Shown here piece by piece: positions 1-8,387 of a stretch of DNA of 21,544 bases (position 1 is the stretch's first letter; each line of letters opens with the position of its first letter). The translations under genes and the position numbers were made by a program. The notes beneath the pieces are model-generated. The model was given only the letters and a program-made list of their open reading frames with translations. It was not told the origin of the DNA and made no database searches. This DNA comes from Planctomycetota bacterium (GTDB lineage: Bacteria; Planctomycetota; SZUA-567; H5-PLA8): contig BTVV01000104.1 in NCBI GenBank assembly GCA_045863855.1, positions 1 to 21,544 of the forward strand, written 5' to 3'.

Positions 1-394
1 GCCACGTCGCACCGCGCGGGAAGTACGCGTCGTCCAGCGTCTTGCTGAATTCCGAATAGTCGATGCGGTGATCTTCCCAGCTCAGGCGCTGCTTGGGCAT
101 CCCCGTCGTGCCGCCCGTCTCGAAGACGTGATACGGCCTCCCCGCGTACGCGCGCGGCACCCAGCGTTCGTTGGGTTCGTCGCGCAGCCAGTTGTCGTCG
201 AAATGCGGGAAGCGCTTCAGGTCCGCGAGCGAACCGATCTCCTTGCGCGGATCGAACCCCGCCTGCTTCGCCCAGTCGAGCCAGAACGGACAGCCCGTCT
301 CGGGCGAAAAATGCCATTCGATCGTCTCGCGTAGATGCGCTTCCAAACGCGCCTGCGCCTCACTCATGGGACGTTCCAACACGGCGGCGCTCAT
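1..394 (-). CDS. EhpF/GriC-like atypical adenylate-forming enzyme (ANL / phenylacetate-CoA ligase-like superfamily), N-terminal part; runs off the left edge
   Basis: Not in the ORF track; my manual translation from ATG 394 gives [53 protein letters not shown]...[16 protein letters not shown]... with no stop before position 1. [10 protein letters not shown] matches the ANL P-loop (SSGTTGxPK), and [12 protein letters not shown] is the N-terminal signature I recall for EhpF/GriC-type proteins. ATGA overlap with the SSS stop (391-394) and a GGAGG RBS upstream. Confidence 0.75.
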   Translation of the reverse strand, partial: MSAAVLERPMSEAQARLEAHLRETIEWHFSPETGCPFWLDWAKQAGFDPRKEIGSLADLKRFPHFDDNWLRDEPNERWVPRAYAGRPYHVFETGGTTGMPKQRLSWEDHRIDYSEFSKTLDDAYFPRGATW

Positions 395-1995
395 GCGGCG
401 ATCCCTCCGCCCGCCGCTACCGGCTTCGGCGGGAAATAGCGGTCCAGCGTCGCCCGGCTCGGCGGCGGCGTCAGCAGCGATACCAGCACCACCAGCACCG
501 CCGAACCCAGGCACATCGGCATCACCGGCAGGAAGCCATACACCGTCACGTTACCCGGCGTGCGCAGCAGGAAATTCCCCAGCTCGGGGTAAATCGCCAC
601 CGGCGGCTGCCCCGGCTTCGGTGCGATTCCTTCGGTGCCGTTGTAAATCAACCACGTCGCGATCAGCGTCGCGGCCACCCAGATCACCGCGGCCAGCGCG
701 CCCCACTTGGTGCTGCGCTTCCAGAAAAGCGCCGCCACCATGATCGGCGCCAGCGCCGCGAAGCCGCTGAAGGCGAAACGGATCGCCAGTTCGAAAATGC
801 CCGCCTTGTCCTTCAATTGCAGCGCGATCAGATACGCCGTCACCGTCACCACGACCACGAACGCGCGGCCCGTCCACACCTGAGCCTTCTCTCCGAAGCG
901 TTCCTTCCCGCCGTAGTACGCGAAGATGTCTTCGGTGAACATCGTACACAGCGCCAGAATTTGGCTGTCGCTGGCCATCACGCACGCCATGATCCCCGCG
1001 CCGAGGATACCGGCCACCCATACCTCCGAATGCGACGTCAGCATGCGCAGGATCACGTCGTCCGACTCTCCCTTGCCCAGCCCCGGGAACTGATCCGCCG
1101 AGACCACCCCCAGATATACGCTGGGAACCCAGATCGCCGCGATGCATAGCGGATACAGGATCACCGTCTTCTTGAAATGCGTCACGCGCTCCGCCGTCAT
1201 GCACATGATCGCGATATGCGGAAACATGATTGCCGAGAGCGGGATGAACATGTAGCTGAAGAACTCTTCCTTCGCGATCCGCTCGCGGCTCAGCAACGAT
1301 GCCGTCTTGGGGTTCGCCGCCAGCCGCTCCATCACTTGGTCGAACCCACCCACGCTTCGGCTGATCAAGATGAACGCCACCGTTCCGAAGCACAAAAACA
1401 GGAGCGTCTGGAACGTGTTGACCCAAGCCGTCCCGCGCATCCCGCCGAAGAAAACGTAGCTCATCACCACCAACGCCACGATCGCCCCGCCTAATTCGTA
1501 ACTCACCCACGAAACCACGGTTCCATCGGCCAACGGGTACTGGCTGATCGCCTCCAGCGTCGTCCCGCCGCCCATGACGCCGATGATGATGTAAGGCACC
1601 AGCATCGCCGCCGTGAGCGCGAATATGAGCGTGCCGATGAAGCTGCACTCCCAGCGGTCGCGGAAGTACTGTACTTGCGTCATGTGCCCGAACCGCTTGC
1701 CCAGGCGCCACAATCGCGTGCCTATGAAAAATATGGTCAGCGGAATCACGAAGCCCGACGAAGAAGCCATCAGGCCGTACACGCCGATGCCCACGCGGTA
1801 GGCCAATCCCGAACTGCCCAGGATCGCGAAGGCCGTCATGTTCGTCCCGAAGAGCGAAAGGAGAAACACGAACTGGCCCAGCTTGCGACCCGCAAGGAAG
1901 AAGTCCTCGCCCGAGTCCTTACCCTTGCGGAAGGCGAAGATCCCGATGTAGACGACGATCGATAGATACGCGAACACCACCAAGGCGGGAATCAT
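391..1995 (-). CDS. Sodium:solute symporter (SSS/SLC5) family permease, YhjB/MctP/PanF-like
   Basis: 534 aa with many hydrophobic TM segments and SSS motifs [35 protein letters not shown] and [16 protein letters not shown] overlaps at both ends. Confidence 0.93.
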   Translation of the reverse strand: MIPALVVFAYLSIVVYIGIFAFRKGKDSGEDFFLAGRKLGQFVFLLSLFGTNMTAFAILGSSGLAYRVGIGVYGLMASSSGFVIPLTIFFIGTRLWRLGKRFGHMTQVQYFRDRWECSFIGTLIFALTAAMLVPYIIIGVMGGGTTLEAISQYPLADGTVVSWVSYELGGAIVALVVMSYVFFGGMRGTAWVNTFQTLLFLCFGTVAFILISRSVGGFDQVMERLAANPKTASLLSRERIAKEEFFSYMFIPLSAIMFPHIAIMCMTAERVTHFKKTVILYPLCIAAIWVPSVYLGVVSADQFPGLGKGESDDVILRMLTSHSEVWVAGILGAGIMACVMASDSQILALCTMFTEDIFAYYGGKERFGEKAQVWTGRAFVVVVTVTAYLIALQLKDKAGIFELAIRFAFSGFAALAPIMVAALFWKRSTKWGALAAVIWVAATLIATWLIYNGTEGIAPKPGQPPVAIYPELGNFLLRTPGNVTVYGFLPVMPMCLGSAVLVVLVSLLTPPPSRATLDRYFPPKPVAAGGGIAA

Positions 1996-2228
1996 GCGCG
2001 CTCCCCGCCGTTCGAAGACGCGTTCGGCTCGTCCTCATCCAGGTCCTTGGGCCACGCCAGCTTCACCAGCGCGAACATGGCGCAGGCCGCAAGCACCGAA
2101 TAACCGATATGATAGGCCAGTCCGGCAGGCAGGAAGCCGAAGACCAGCCGCTTGTTCGTCCAAAGCCAGAAATCGTGATGCAAGGTCACCATGACCGCGA
2201 CGAACACGATAAAAAGAAACATGCGCAT
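1992..2228 (-). CDS. Small 2-TM membrane protein, DUF3311-like SSS accessory subunit
   Basis: 78 aa, two TM helices, LHHDFWLW...[13 protein letters not shown] motif and acidic tail. 4-bp overlap with the SSS start, the usual position of DUF3311/DUF485-type partners. Confidence 0.8.
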   Translation of the reverse strand: MRMFLFIVFVAVMVTLHHDFWLWTNKRLVFGFLPAGLAYHIGYSVLAACAMFALVKLAWPKDLDEDEPNASSNGGERA

Positions 2229-2253
2229 ACGAGTGATTTCCAGGAGCGCGAAG

Positions 2254-3939
2254 TTATTTCTTCTGCAATGCCCACAACTGTGTCTGCGTCGGCACGTACA
2301 GCACGCCGTTGGCCGCCACGGGTGAACCGTAGATGGGCGACGAGAAGTTAAGCGCCCGGAACTTCAACCCGGTCGCCTTCCCCTTCCCGCCCGGCACCGG
2401 CACGAACGTGTCCGTCGCCGGATCGTGAACCTTCAACTCCTTATCCAGCGCGAAAACCCACAGGTCCCCGTCCTCGGTGCCCAGATACACCTTGCCGTCC
2501 GCGACCAGCGTGGACGCCCACACGTGGCTCACCGTGTCGAAGACCCAATGCGGTTTGCCGGTCTCCACGTCCAGGCAGTGCACCTTGCCGCTGTACTCGG
2601 CCAGGAACAGCAGACCCTCGGCGATCGAGACCGTTGAGATCGTCCGCCCCACGTCCTTGTATTGCCATACCGGCGTGCCCTTCGCCGCGTCGACGCAGCT
2701 CAAGCAGCCCACGCCCTCGCCGTGTTCGGGATCCTGACCCACCGCCACGTAGATCCGGTCGTTATGCACCACCGGCGTGGCGATGATCTCGCTCGGACCG
2801 TCCGCGTTCGGATACTTAAAGGGAGCGTCCGCCGCGCCTTCTTCGCCCGGCATTTTGAATTTCTGGCCGTCTTTGACCTTATGTTCTGGCGGATTGCACT
2901 CGAAGCTCCAGACCTGCTTGAACACATTAAAGCCTTCTTCGTCCTTCACCGGCTCGGGCTCGAAGGCATACAGAAATCCGTCTCCGCCGCCAAAAATGAT
3001 CAGATCCTTGCCGCCCACCGTCGCCAAGGCAGGGCTCGACCAATTGCAATGAAACAGCCGCTTGCTGATTCCCGAAGCTTCCTCGGCCAGCAGCGCCCCG
3101 GTCTTCTTGTCCAGTTTCACCAGCGTCGGAGCGTTCAGCGACGGGATCTCCACGTGCGACCAGTCCTGGCCGTTCGAAGTCGTCGCGTACACATGGTCGC
3201 CGTGCAACAGCACGCTGCTCGAGGCGATGTTGTGCGGAAAGACGCCCAGTTCGGTGCGCATGTCGAAGCGCCACAGGATATCCGCGTCCGTCGGACCCGG
3301 CGGAACGAACTTATCCTTCATGCGCTCCTTGACCTTCGCGCGCGCCTCGTCGTCCGACGCCTGCTCCAGCGCGATCATCGCCTCCGGAGACATGAATACC
3401 TGCTCGTCCTGATAGCCCTGGTTGCCGTCCGCCAGCCCATTGGCGTCCAGGCACACGACCTCGCAGCGGTTCGTCACCACGTAGACGTGGTTGCCTTCCA
3501 CCACCGGCGCCGAGCAGATGCCCAAAAACTCCCAATCACTGACCTTGCCCGCGCCCAGCTTCGGTACCACGAGCTGCCAGAGGAACTTGCCGGTCGCTTC
3601 TTCGAAGCACATCACGATCCCGCGGTCGCCCTTGTGCTTGGGGTCGCGCGGGCCTTCGTTGTTGGTGCCGATGAATACCTTGCCGCCGGATATCGTGGGG
3701 TTCCCGTAGGTCTGGCTGCCCAGCTTCGCCACCCACTTCACGTTCTTCGTCGTGGCAACATCCACTTCTTCGCTGTCCGGCTTGAGCTTCCCCGGATCGG
3801 CTACGGCAGGCAGATTCTTCTCGTCGCTGACCATATTGCGGCCGCCATCGCGGCCCCAGCCCGGCCAGTCGCCCGCTTGAGCCGCGCAGACCCAGAGCGC
3901 CAGGCTCGCCAATCCCGCCTTCCACATGCGATGCGTCAT
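2254..3939 (-). CDS. Secreted PQQ-binding-like (BamB-like) beta-propeller repeat protein
   Basis: Signal peptide ending AAQA-G, then DWPGWGRDGGRN. Repeated blade motifs (SP/TP...xDxxTGKxLW); C-terminal GSPVAANGVLYV. GGGAGAGG RBS. Confidence 0.88.
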   Translation of the reverse strand: MTHRMWKAGLASLALWVCAAQAGDWPGWGRDGGRNMVSDEKNLPAVADPGKLKPDSEEVDVATTKNVKWVAKLGSQTYGNPTISGGKVFIGTNNEGPRDPKHKGDRGIVMCFEEATGKFLWQLVVPKLGAGKVSDWEFLGICSAPVVEGNHVYVVTNRCEVVCLDANGLADGNQGYQDEQVFMSPEAMIALEQASDDEARAKVKERMKDKFVPPGPTDADILWRFDMRTELGVFPHNIASSSVLLHGDHVYATTSNGQDWSHVEIPSLNAPTLVKLDKKTGALLAEEASGISKRLFHCNWSSPALATVGGKDLIIFGGGDGFLYAFEPEPVKDEEGFNVFKQVWSFECNPPEHKVKDGQKFKMPGEEGAADAPFKYPNADGPSEIIATPVVHNDRIYVAVGQDPEHGEGVGCLSCVDAAKGTPVWQYKDVGRTISTVSIAEGLLFLAEYSGKVHCLDVETGKPHWVFDTVSHVWASTLVADGKVYLGTEDGDLWVFALDKELKVHDPATDTFVPVPGGKGKATGLKFRALNFSSPIYGSPVAANGVLYVPTQTQLWALQKK

Positions 3940-3958
3940 GCTCGACCCTCTCCCGGAA

Positions 3959-3989
3959 CCGGCCGGCCTTGCGATACGCGGCCCGCCGG
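3959..3989. other. Intercistronic GC-rich stem-loop (mRNA stabiliser or processing site rather than intrinsic terminator)
   Basis: CCGGCCGGCC (3959-3968) pairs 9/10 with GGCCCGCCGG (3980-3989), with an inner GCG-ATA-CGC. No U-tract follows on the minus strand. Confidence 0.4.
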
Positions 3990-3991
3990 CT

Positions 3992-6301
3992 TCACTCGTT
4001 CTTGGTGATGACGATGTTGTCCATGAACACTTTTTTCTGCGCCTGCGGAGAGAATCCGAACAGCCCCGGCGATCCGTGCGTATGCGCCACCTTATGCGGC
4101 ACCTCGATCGTCCACGCCGCCGGCTCCGCGTCGCCCTTCTTCCACGCCTTCGCGCGGATCGTCCCCGATCCGTCCGCCGCCAAATCCACCCGCGTCTTCA
4201 GCGTGTACCAGGCCGAGGGCTGCCACTTGAACGGCACCGACACCTTCACCAGATCGTGGTTGCTGCTCACCTCCAGCACCTGCGCGTTCCCGATCAGCGC
4301 CACGACGTAACGCTGGTTGATCACGCCTACGTTCGACATCCAGCGCCGATTCCCGTCGGTCATCACGTCCGCCTGCAGCGTATAGTTCTTCATGTCCGGA
4401 TGGCCGATGAACGTGATCGCGCGCTGGAACAGAAGGTTATCCAGCGTCTTGGCCAGCACCTTGTTCCCGTTCAGGTCGCGAACGTCCCACTTGAAGCGCG
4501 CCCCGATCCAAGGCAGCGGCGGATAGTCGAACGCCTCGCCCGCGTCGTCCTTCGCCGCGAGCTTGAACGATTCGAAATCTTCCGAGATCGGCAGGTACGG
4601 CAGCACACGCCCGCGCACGAAAGCCGTCGTCTTCCCGTCGGCCGCCGTGAATTTGAACATCCCCGCCGACGGTACCTGCTCCGGACCGGCCTCGAACTCG
4701 GTGGGGCTCGTGAATGTTCCGTTCAGCTTCGCCTGTACCTTGGCCGTGGGTGGGACAAAGCCGGCCCACGTTCCGCCGGCCGGATCGAACGGTTTGCCGT
4801 CCGACCAGCGGAAACGCAGCGCTATTTTCTCGCCCGGACGCGCCAGCAATTCGGAGGGAATCGCCTGCAGCACCGGCGCATGCTGCTCGACCGGCACGGG
4901 CGCCGCCGCCGCTGCCACCGGAGCGCCCTTCTTGCTCCCGAAGCAGTACAGCCGTTTGGTGGTATGCAGGTAAACCTTGCCGTCGTAAACCGCCGGAGAA
5001 CCCAGGCAGCTTCCTTCCAGCTTCACGGCGCTCAACACGTCCGGACCCGCATCGCTCGGCCGCACGATGAAGAACTCCCCGCTCACCATCGGCACGTACA
5101 GCTTCCCGTCGGCATACAAAGGCGAGGCGTGAAGCTGTTCGTTGCCGAGCTTTTTGCGCCATACGATCTTCCCCGTCCCCGCATCGACGCTGGCCAACTC
5201 CCCGGTCATCGTCGTGACGTAAACGCGGTCGCCCACCAGCACGGGCGAACTGCTGAACGCGCTCAAATCGTTGCGCCAAGCTTCCGACTCCTTGCCCAGC
5301 ACCGCCGGACGCGCTCCGTCGGGCAGCGTTGCGGGCACGCGAAAGGCCGCCATCCGCCCGCTCTCCGAACTGTCCAGGTTTTCCTTGTCGTGAATCGCGA
5401 TCACCAGATCCTTGTAGCGCACCACGCCCGCATTCACCCCGCCGTAGGAGAACTGCACCCGCCACAGCGCTTCGCCCGTCCGAGCGTCGCCGCAAATTAC
5501 GTTGCCGCAGCCCGTCCCCGCGTAGAACACGCGCCGCCCGTTCCACCAATCCAAGACGACCGTGGAGAAACTCGAATCCTTCGGCGCGACCCCGGGCTCG
5601 CACGCCCACACATGAGCGCCGGTGCGTTTGTCGAACGCATAGAACCGGTCCCGCGCCGGACCCTGATTGCCCCAGAACGACGTGATCCCGCGCACAATCA
5701 CCAAATCGCCGTCGATCACCGGAGCTCCAGTGCGGCCGTTGGGGAAGGTCAGGCGCCCGAAGGCGTCCTGATGCGACTGGTGCCATACATCCTTGCCCGA
5801 ACTGTCCAGCGCGAAGAATTCGCCGCCCGTCGTCAGCAAATACACGTAGCCCGTCTCAGGATCCACCGTCGGCGATCCGATCGCATAGCGCTCGTACGCC
5901 GTGTCGCTGGTGAAGTCGGGAAAGGTGCGCTCCCACAGCACCTTCCCGCTCTTGGTCTCCACGCAATCCAGCACTTCGCGCAGATCGGGACCGTGCCCAC
6001 GATAACCCCAGACGTACGCGCGGTCGCCCAATATCACCGGCGTCCCGCGTCCCGGAAGCTCCAGCGTCCAGAGCGACTGCTGCGCGGTGCCGTCCCAACG
6101 ATCGGGCAACCCTTGCTCGTCGCAGTAGCCGTTTTGATGCGGACCGCGCCAACTCGTCCAGCCCAAGGCGCCTTTCGCCGCATCCTTCTTCTTTTCGGCC
6201 TTCGGCGGCTTAGGCGGCTCCGCGCGCTCGTCACGGTCCTTATCGCAGCCCGCCAAGCCCAACAGCGCCGCCGCCAAGGTCAACCCCATCCACGCTTTCA
6301 T
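3992..6301 (-). CDS. Lipoprotein: PQQ-like beta-propeller, Ig-like segment and C-terminal ConA/LamG-like beta-sandwich
   Basis: Likely start ATG 6301 (MKAWMGLTLAAALLGLAGC, lipobox LAGC). WTSWRGPHQNG plus blade repeats; Ala/Pro linker; all-beta C-terminal region (SEDFES...NYTLQADV...WYTLKTRV...GLFG...FMDNIVIT) typical of jelly-roll lectin folds. The ORF-track start at 6367 probably over-extends. Confidence 0.85.
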   Translation of the reverse strand: MKAWMGLTLAAALLGLAGCDKDRDERAEPPKPPKAEKKKDAAKGALGWTSWRGPHQNGYCDEQGLPDRWDGTAQQSLWTLELPGRGTPVILGDRAYVWGYRGHGPDLREVLDCVETKSGKVLWERTFPDFTSDTAYERYAIGSPTVDPETGYVYLLTTGGEFFALDSSGKDVWHQSHQDAFGRLTFPNGRTGAPVIDGDLVIVRGITSFWGNQGPARDRFYAFDKRTGAHVWACEPGVAPKDSSFSTVVLDWWNGRRVFYAGTGCGNVICGDARTGEALWRVQFSYGGVNAGVVRYKDLVIAIHDKENLDSSESGRMAAFRVPATLPDGARPAVLGKESEAWRNDLSAFSSSPVLVGDRVYVTTMTGELASVDAGTGKIVWRKKLGNEQLHASPLYADGKLYVPMVSGEFFIVRPSDAGPDVLSAVKLEGSCLGSPAVYDGKVYLHTTKRLYCFGSKKGAPVAAAAAPVPVEQHAPVLQAIPSELLARPGEKIALRFRWSDGKPFDPAGGTWAGFVPPTAKVQAKLNGTFTSPTEFEAGPEQVPSAGMFKFTAADGKTTAFVRGRVLPYLPISEDFESFKLAAKDDAGEAFDYPPLPWIGARFKWDVRDLNGNKVLAKTLDNLLFQRAITFIGHPDMKNYTLQADVMTDGNRRWMSNVGVINQRYVVALIGNAQVLEVSSNHDLVKVSVPFKWQPSAWYTLKTRVDLAADGSGTIRAKAWKKGDAEPAAWTIEVPHKVAHTHGSPGLFGFSPQAQKKVFMDNIVITKNE

Positions 6302-6369
6302 CCGTTCCGCGCCCCGATCCGTTGGTCCGCTGAGCCTCTGAATCCGTTCCACTTTCCGTGCTTCCACGC

Positions 6370-6414
6370 TTGCTCAAATATACCTGTACGTATAATATAG
6401 GCACGTACTGTATA
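6370..6414. promoter_or_regulatory. Divergent promoter region with candidate MarR operator (imperfect inverted repeat)
   Basis: AT-rich island. TTGCTC (6370-6375) with TATAAT (6391-6396) or TAATAT (6393-6398, 17-bp spacer) faces marR. The inverted repeat TATAC-CT-GTACGT (6379-6391) / ACGTAC-T-GTATA (6403-6414) straddles the -10. Confidence 0.6.
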
Positions 6415-6442
6415 CGCCGGTCTTGGGGAGGCCAAGGGAATT

Positions 6443-6955
6443 TTGCCGGAATTACCTATCGACAGCCCGATGCGCCGGCGCCTGCCCCCGCTGCTGCGGC
6501 ACGCATGGTACGGGCTCAACCAGGCCTTCCGACGCCGAATCGCGCCGCTGGGCATCACGCCCGATCAGTTCACCATCCTCAGAGTGCTCTTGGAAGCCCG
6601 CAGCGAAGGCGTGACCCAGCGCGAATTGGCCCAGCGCATGGGCAGCGATCCCAACACCATCTCGGCGCTGGTCCAACGGATGGAAACCGCCGAACTCCTG
6701 GAAAGACTGCCGCACGAGAACGATCGGCGCGCGCACCGCCTGCGGCTGACCGAAGCAGGCCGCAAGACCTACAAGAAAGCCCGGCCCATCGCCCTCGACC
6801 TGCAGGCCGAGATCCTGGCCGGACTCAAACCGGAAGAACTGGAGAGCTTCCTGACCGCCTTGCAGACCATCAGCAAAGCCTGCCAGGACGCCGCCGACCG
6901 CTCGCCCAGCGAAACCCGCGTTGGCATCCGACGTCCGCCGGCCGAATACGAATAA
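6443..6955 (+). CDS. MarR family transcriptional regulator
   Basis: LGITPDQFTIL, VTQRELAQRM and LLERLPHENDRRAHRLRLTEAG (winged-helix DxR motif). Start is either TTG 6443 or ATG 6470. Confidence 0.93.
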   Translation: MPELPIDSPMRRRLPPLLRHAWYGLNQAFRRRIAPLGITPDQFTILRVLLEARSEGVTQRELAQRMGSDPNTISALVQRMETAELLERLPHENDRRAHRLRLTEAGRKTYKKARPIALDLQAEILAGLKPEELESFLTALQTISKACQDAADRSPSETRVGIRRPPAEYE

Positions 6956-8344
6956 CTACTGTCCCAGGCAGTACAGGTGCTCGGCCCCGCGGATGTACAC
7001 GCGCGAACCTTCGAAGACCGGCGTCGCCTTGGTCGGTTCCAACGTGTTGTTCGCCAGCATCTTCAGTTCCTTGCCCGGCTCCAGCACCAGCGTCTTGCCC
7101 ATCTCGCTCGCGACGACCACATACGGCCCCGCCAGCGCAATGCTCGGATAGAAAGGCTGATTCCCGCCACCGCCCTCGGGCTTGAAATCCTTCGTCGCCA
7201 CTTCCGCGCCCGTCTTGGCGTCCAGTACCGTCATGAAGCCGTACCGCGTGACCGCGTAGATCAGCCCATCGTGAATCAGCGGCGAAGCGTAATAACGCTC
7301 TTTCTTCGGCGCGGCCTTCCACAACTCCTCGGGCTTGAACGGCTCGTCCGCGCTGGCCGGAAGCTTCAGCGCCTTCGCGCCCTTCTCGTCCACGAAGTAC
7401 GCCACGCCGTCCTGGATCACCGCCCCGTTGTACTCGTTCGTCGCCAGATTCTGCGCCAGCGCCTTGCCGTCCGAGATGCGGATGAAATCCCCCACCGGCG
7501 TCACCACCAGGTCCACTCCGCCGATCGTGAGCGGCGTCGGCGTGCCCCACGTCTGCCGCGCCGGCGTCTTCCACGCTTCGGCGCCCGTCGCCGGATCGAA
7601 TGCCAGCAGCGTGCCGTTGTATTGGATCAGCAGCTTCCCGCCGTGCAGCACCGGCGACGCGCTATGCCCCCAACCCTGCTTCGGAGCGCCCAGCGCCTTC
7701 ACCCATTGCAGCTTCCCGTCCAGATCGTACACCGCCACCGTCCCCACTCCGAAGACCGTCGCCACCAGCTTCCCGTCGCTCACCGGCACCGGCGACGCAT
7801 ACCCATTGTCGCCGTGCGTCGCCGGCGGCAGATACTTCTCTACTGGCTTCAGCGTCGCCTTCTTCTCGTCGATCTGCTTTTGCAGCGCTTCCACCTGAGC
7901 TTTGGCAGCCGCGTCTTCGCGCGCCTTCCGCCGCAAGCGTCCGGCTTCGCCCTCCAACTTCTTGACTTCATCCACCGTCCCTTGAGCCGCTTTAATCTTT
8001 TCCTGAATCCCTGCCTGCTCCGCTTCCGGTTCGGTTTTCCAAACAGGATTGGCCTGCTGCCACAGGATCTTCCCGTCGGCCTTGTTCACGCAAATCAGGA
8101 TATCCGGCTCGCCGCAAACGAAGATCTTCTCGCCCACGATCACCGGCGACGCGTTGCTCTTGTTGGGCATCTTGCACGTCCAGAGCACGCCCTGCTCTTT
8201 GCTCCAGTTCACCGGCGGCTTCGCGTCGGGGTAGCGCCCCGTCCAGTCCGAACGCCAGCCCACCGTCTCGGCCTGCGCGCCCGCCGTCAGCAACGCCACC
8301 AGACCACCGGCCACCCACACGCCGATTCTCGCTGATTTGCTCAT
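6956..8344 (-). CDS. Secreted PQQ-binding-like beta-propeller protein with a coiled-coil insertion
   Basis: Signal peptide ending AQA-E; GWRSDWTGRYP; blade motifs ASPVI, ASPVPVSDG, SASPVL and TPVFEGSRVYIR; roughly 60-aa charged helical insert. Start is ATG 8344 (better RBS spacing) or 8356. Confidence 0.87.
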   Translation of the reverse strand: MSKSARIGVWVAGGLVALLTAGAQAETVGWRSDWTGRYPDAKPPVNWSKEQGVLWTCKMPNKSNASPVIVGEKIFVCGEPDILICVNKADGKILWQQANPVWKTEPEAEQAGIQEKIKAAQGTVDEVKKLEGEAGRLRRKAREDAAAKAQVEALQKQIDEKKATLKPVEKYLPPATHGDNGYASPVPVSDGKLVATVFGVGTVAVYDLDGKLQWVKALGAPKQGWGHSASPVLHGGKLLIQYNGTLLAFDPATGAEAWKTPARQTWGTPTPLTIGGVDLVVTPVGDFIRISDGKALAQNLATNEYNGAVIQDGVAYFVDEKGAKALKLPASADEPFKPEELWKAAPKKERYYASPLIHDGLIYAVTRYGFMTVLDAKTGAEVATKDFKPEGGGGNQPFYPSIALAGPYVVVASEMGKTLVLEPGKELKMLANNTLEPTKATPVFEGSRVYIRGAEHLYCLGQ

Positions 8345-8387
8345 GCCGAATTCCATCCTTTATATTGGTTCGTTGCTTGTACCAGCC

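Noticed and set aside
68..743. + strand ORFs 68-334 and 171-743
   Set aside because: They overlap the motif-bearing minus-strand ANL and SSS genes and have no recognisable features.
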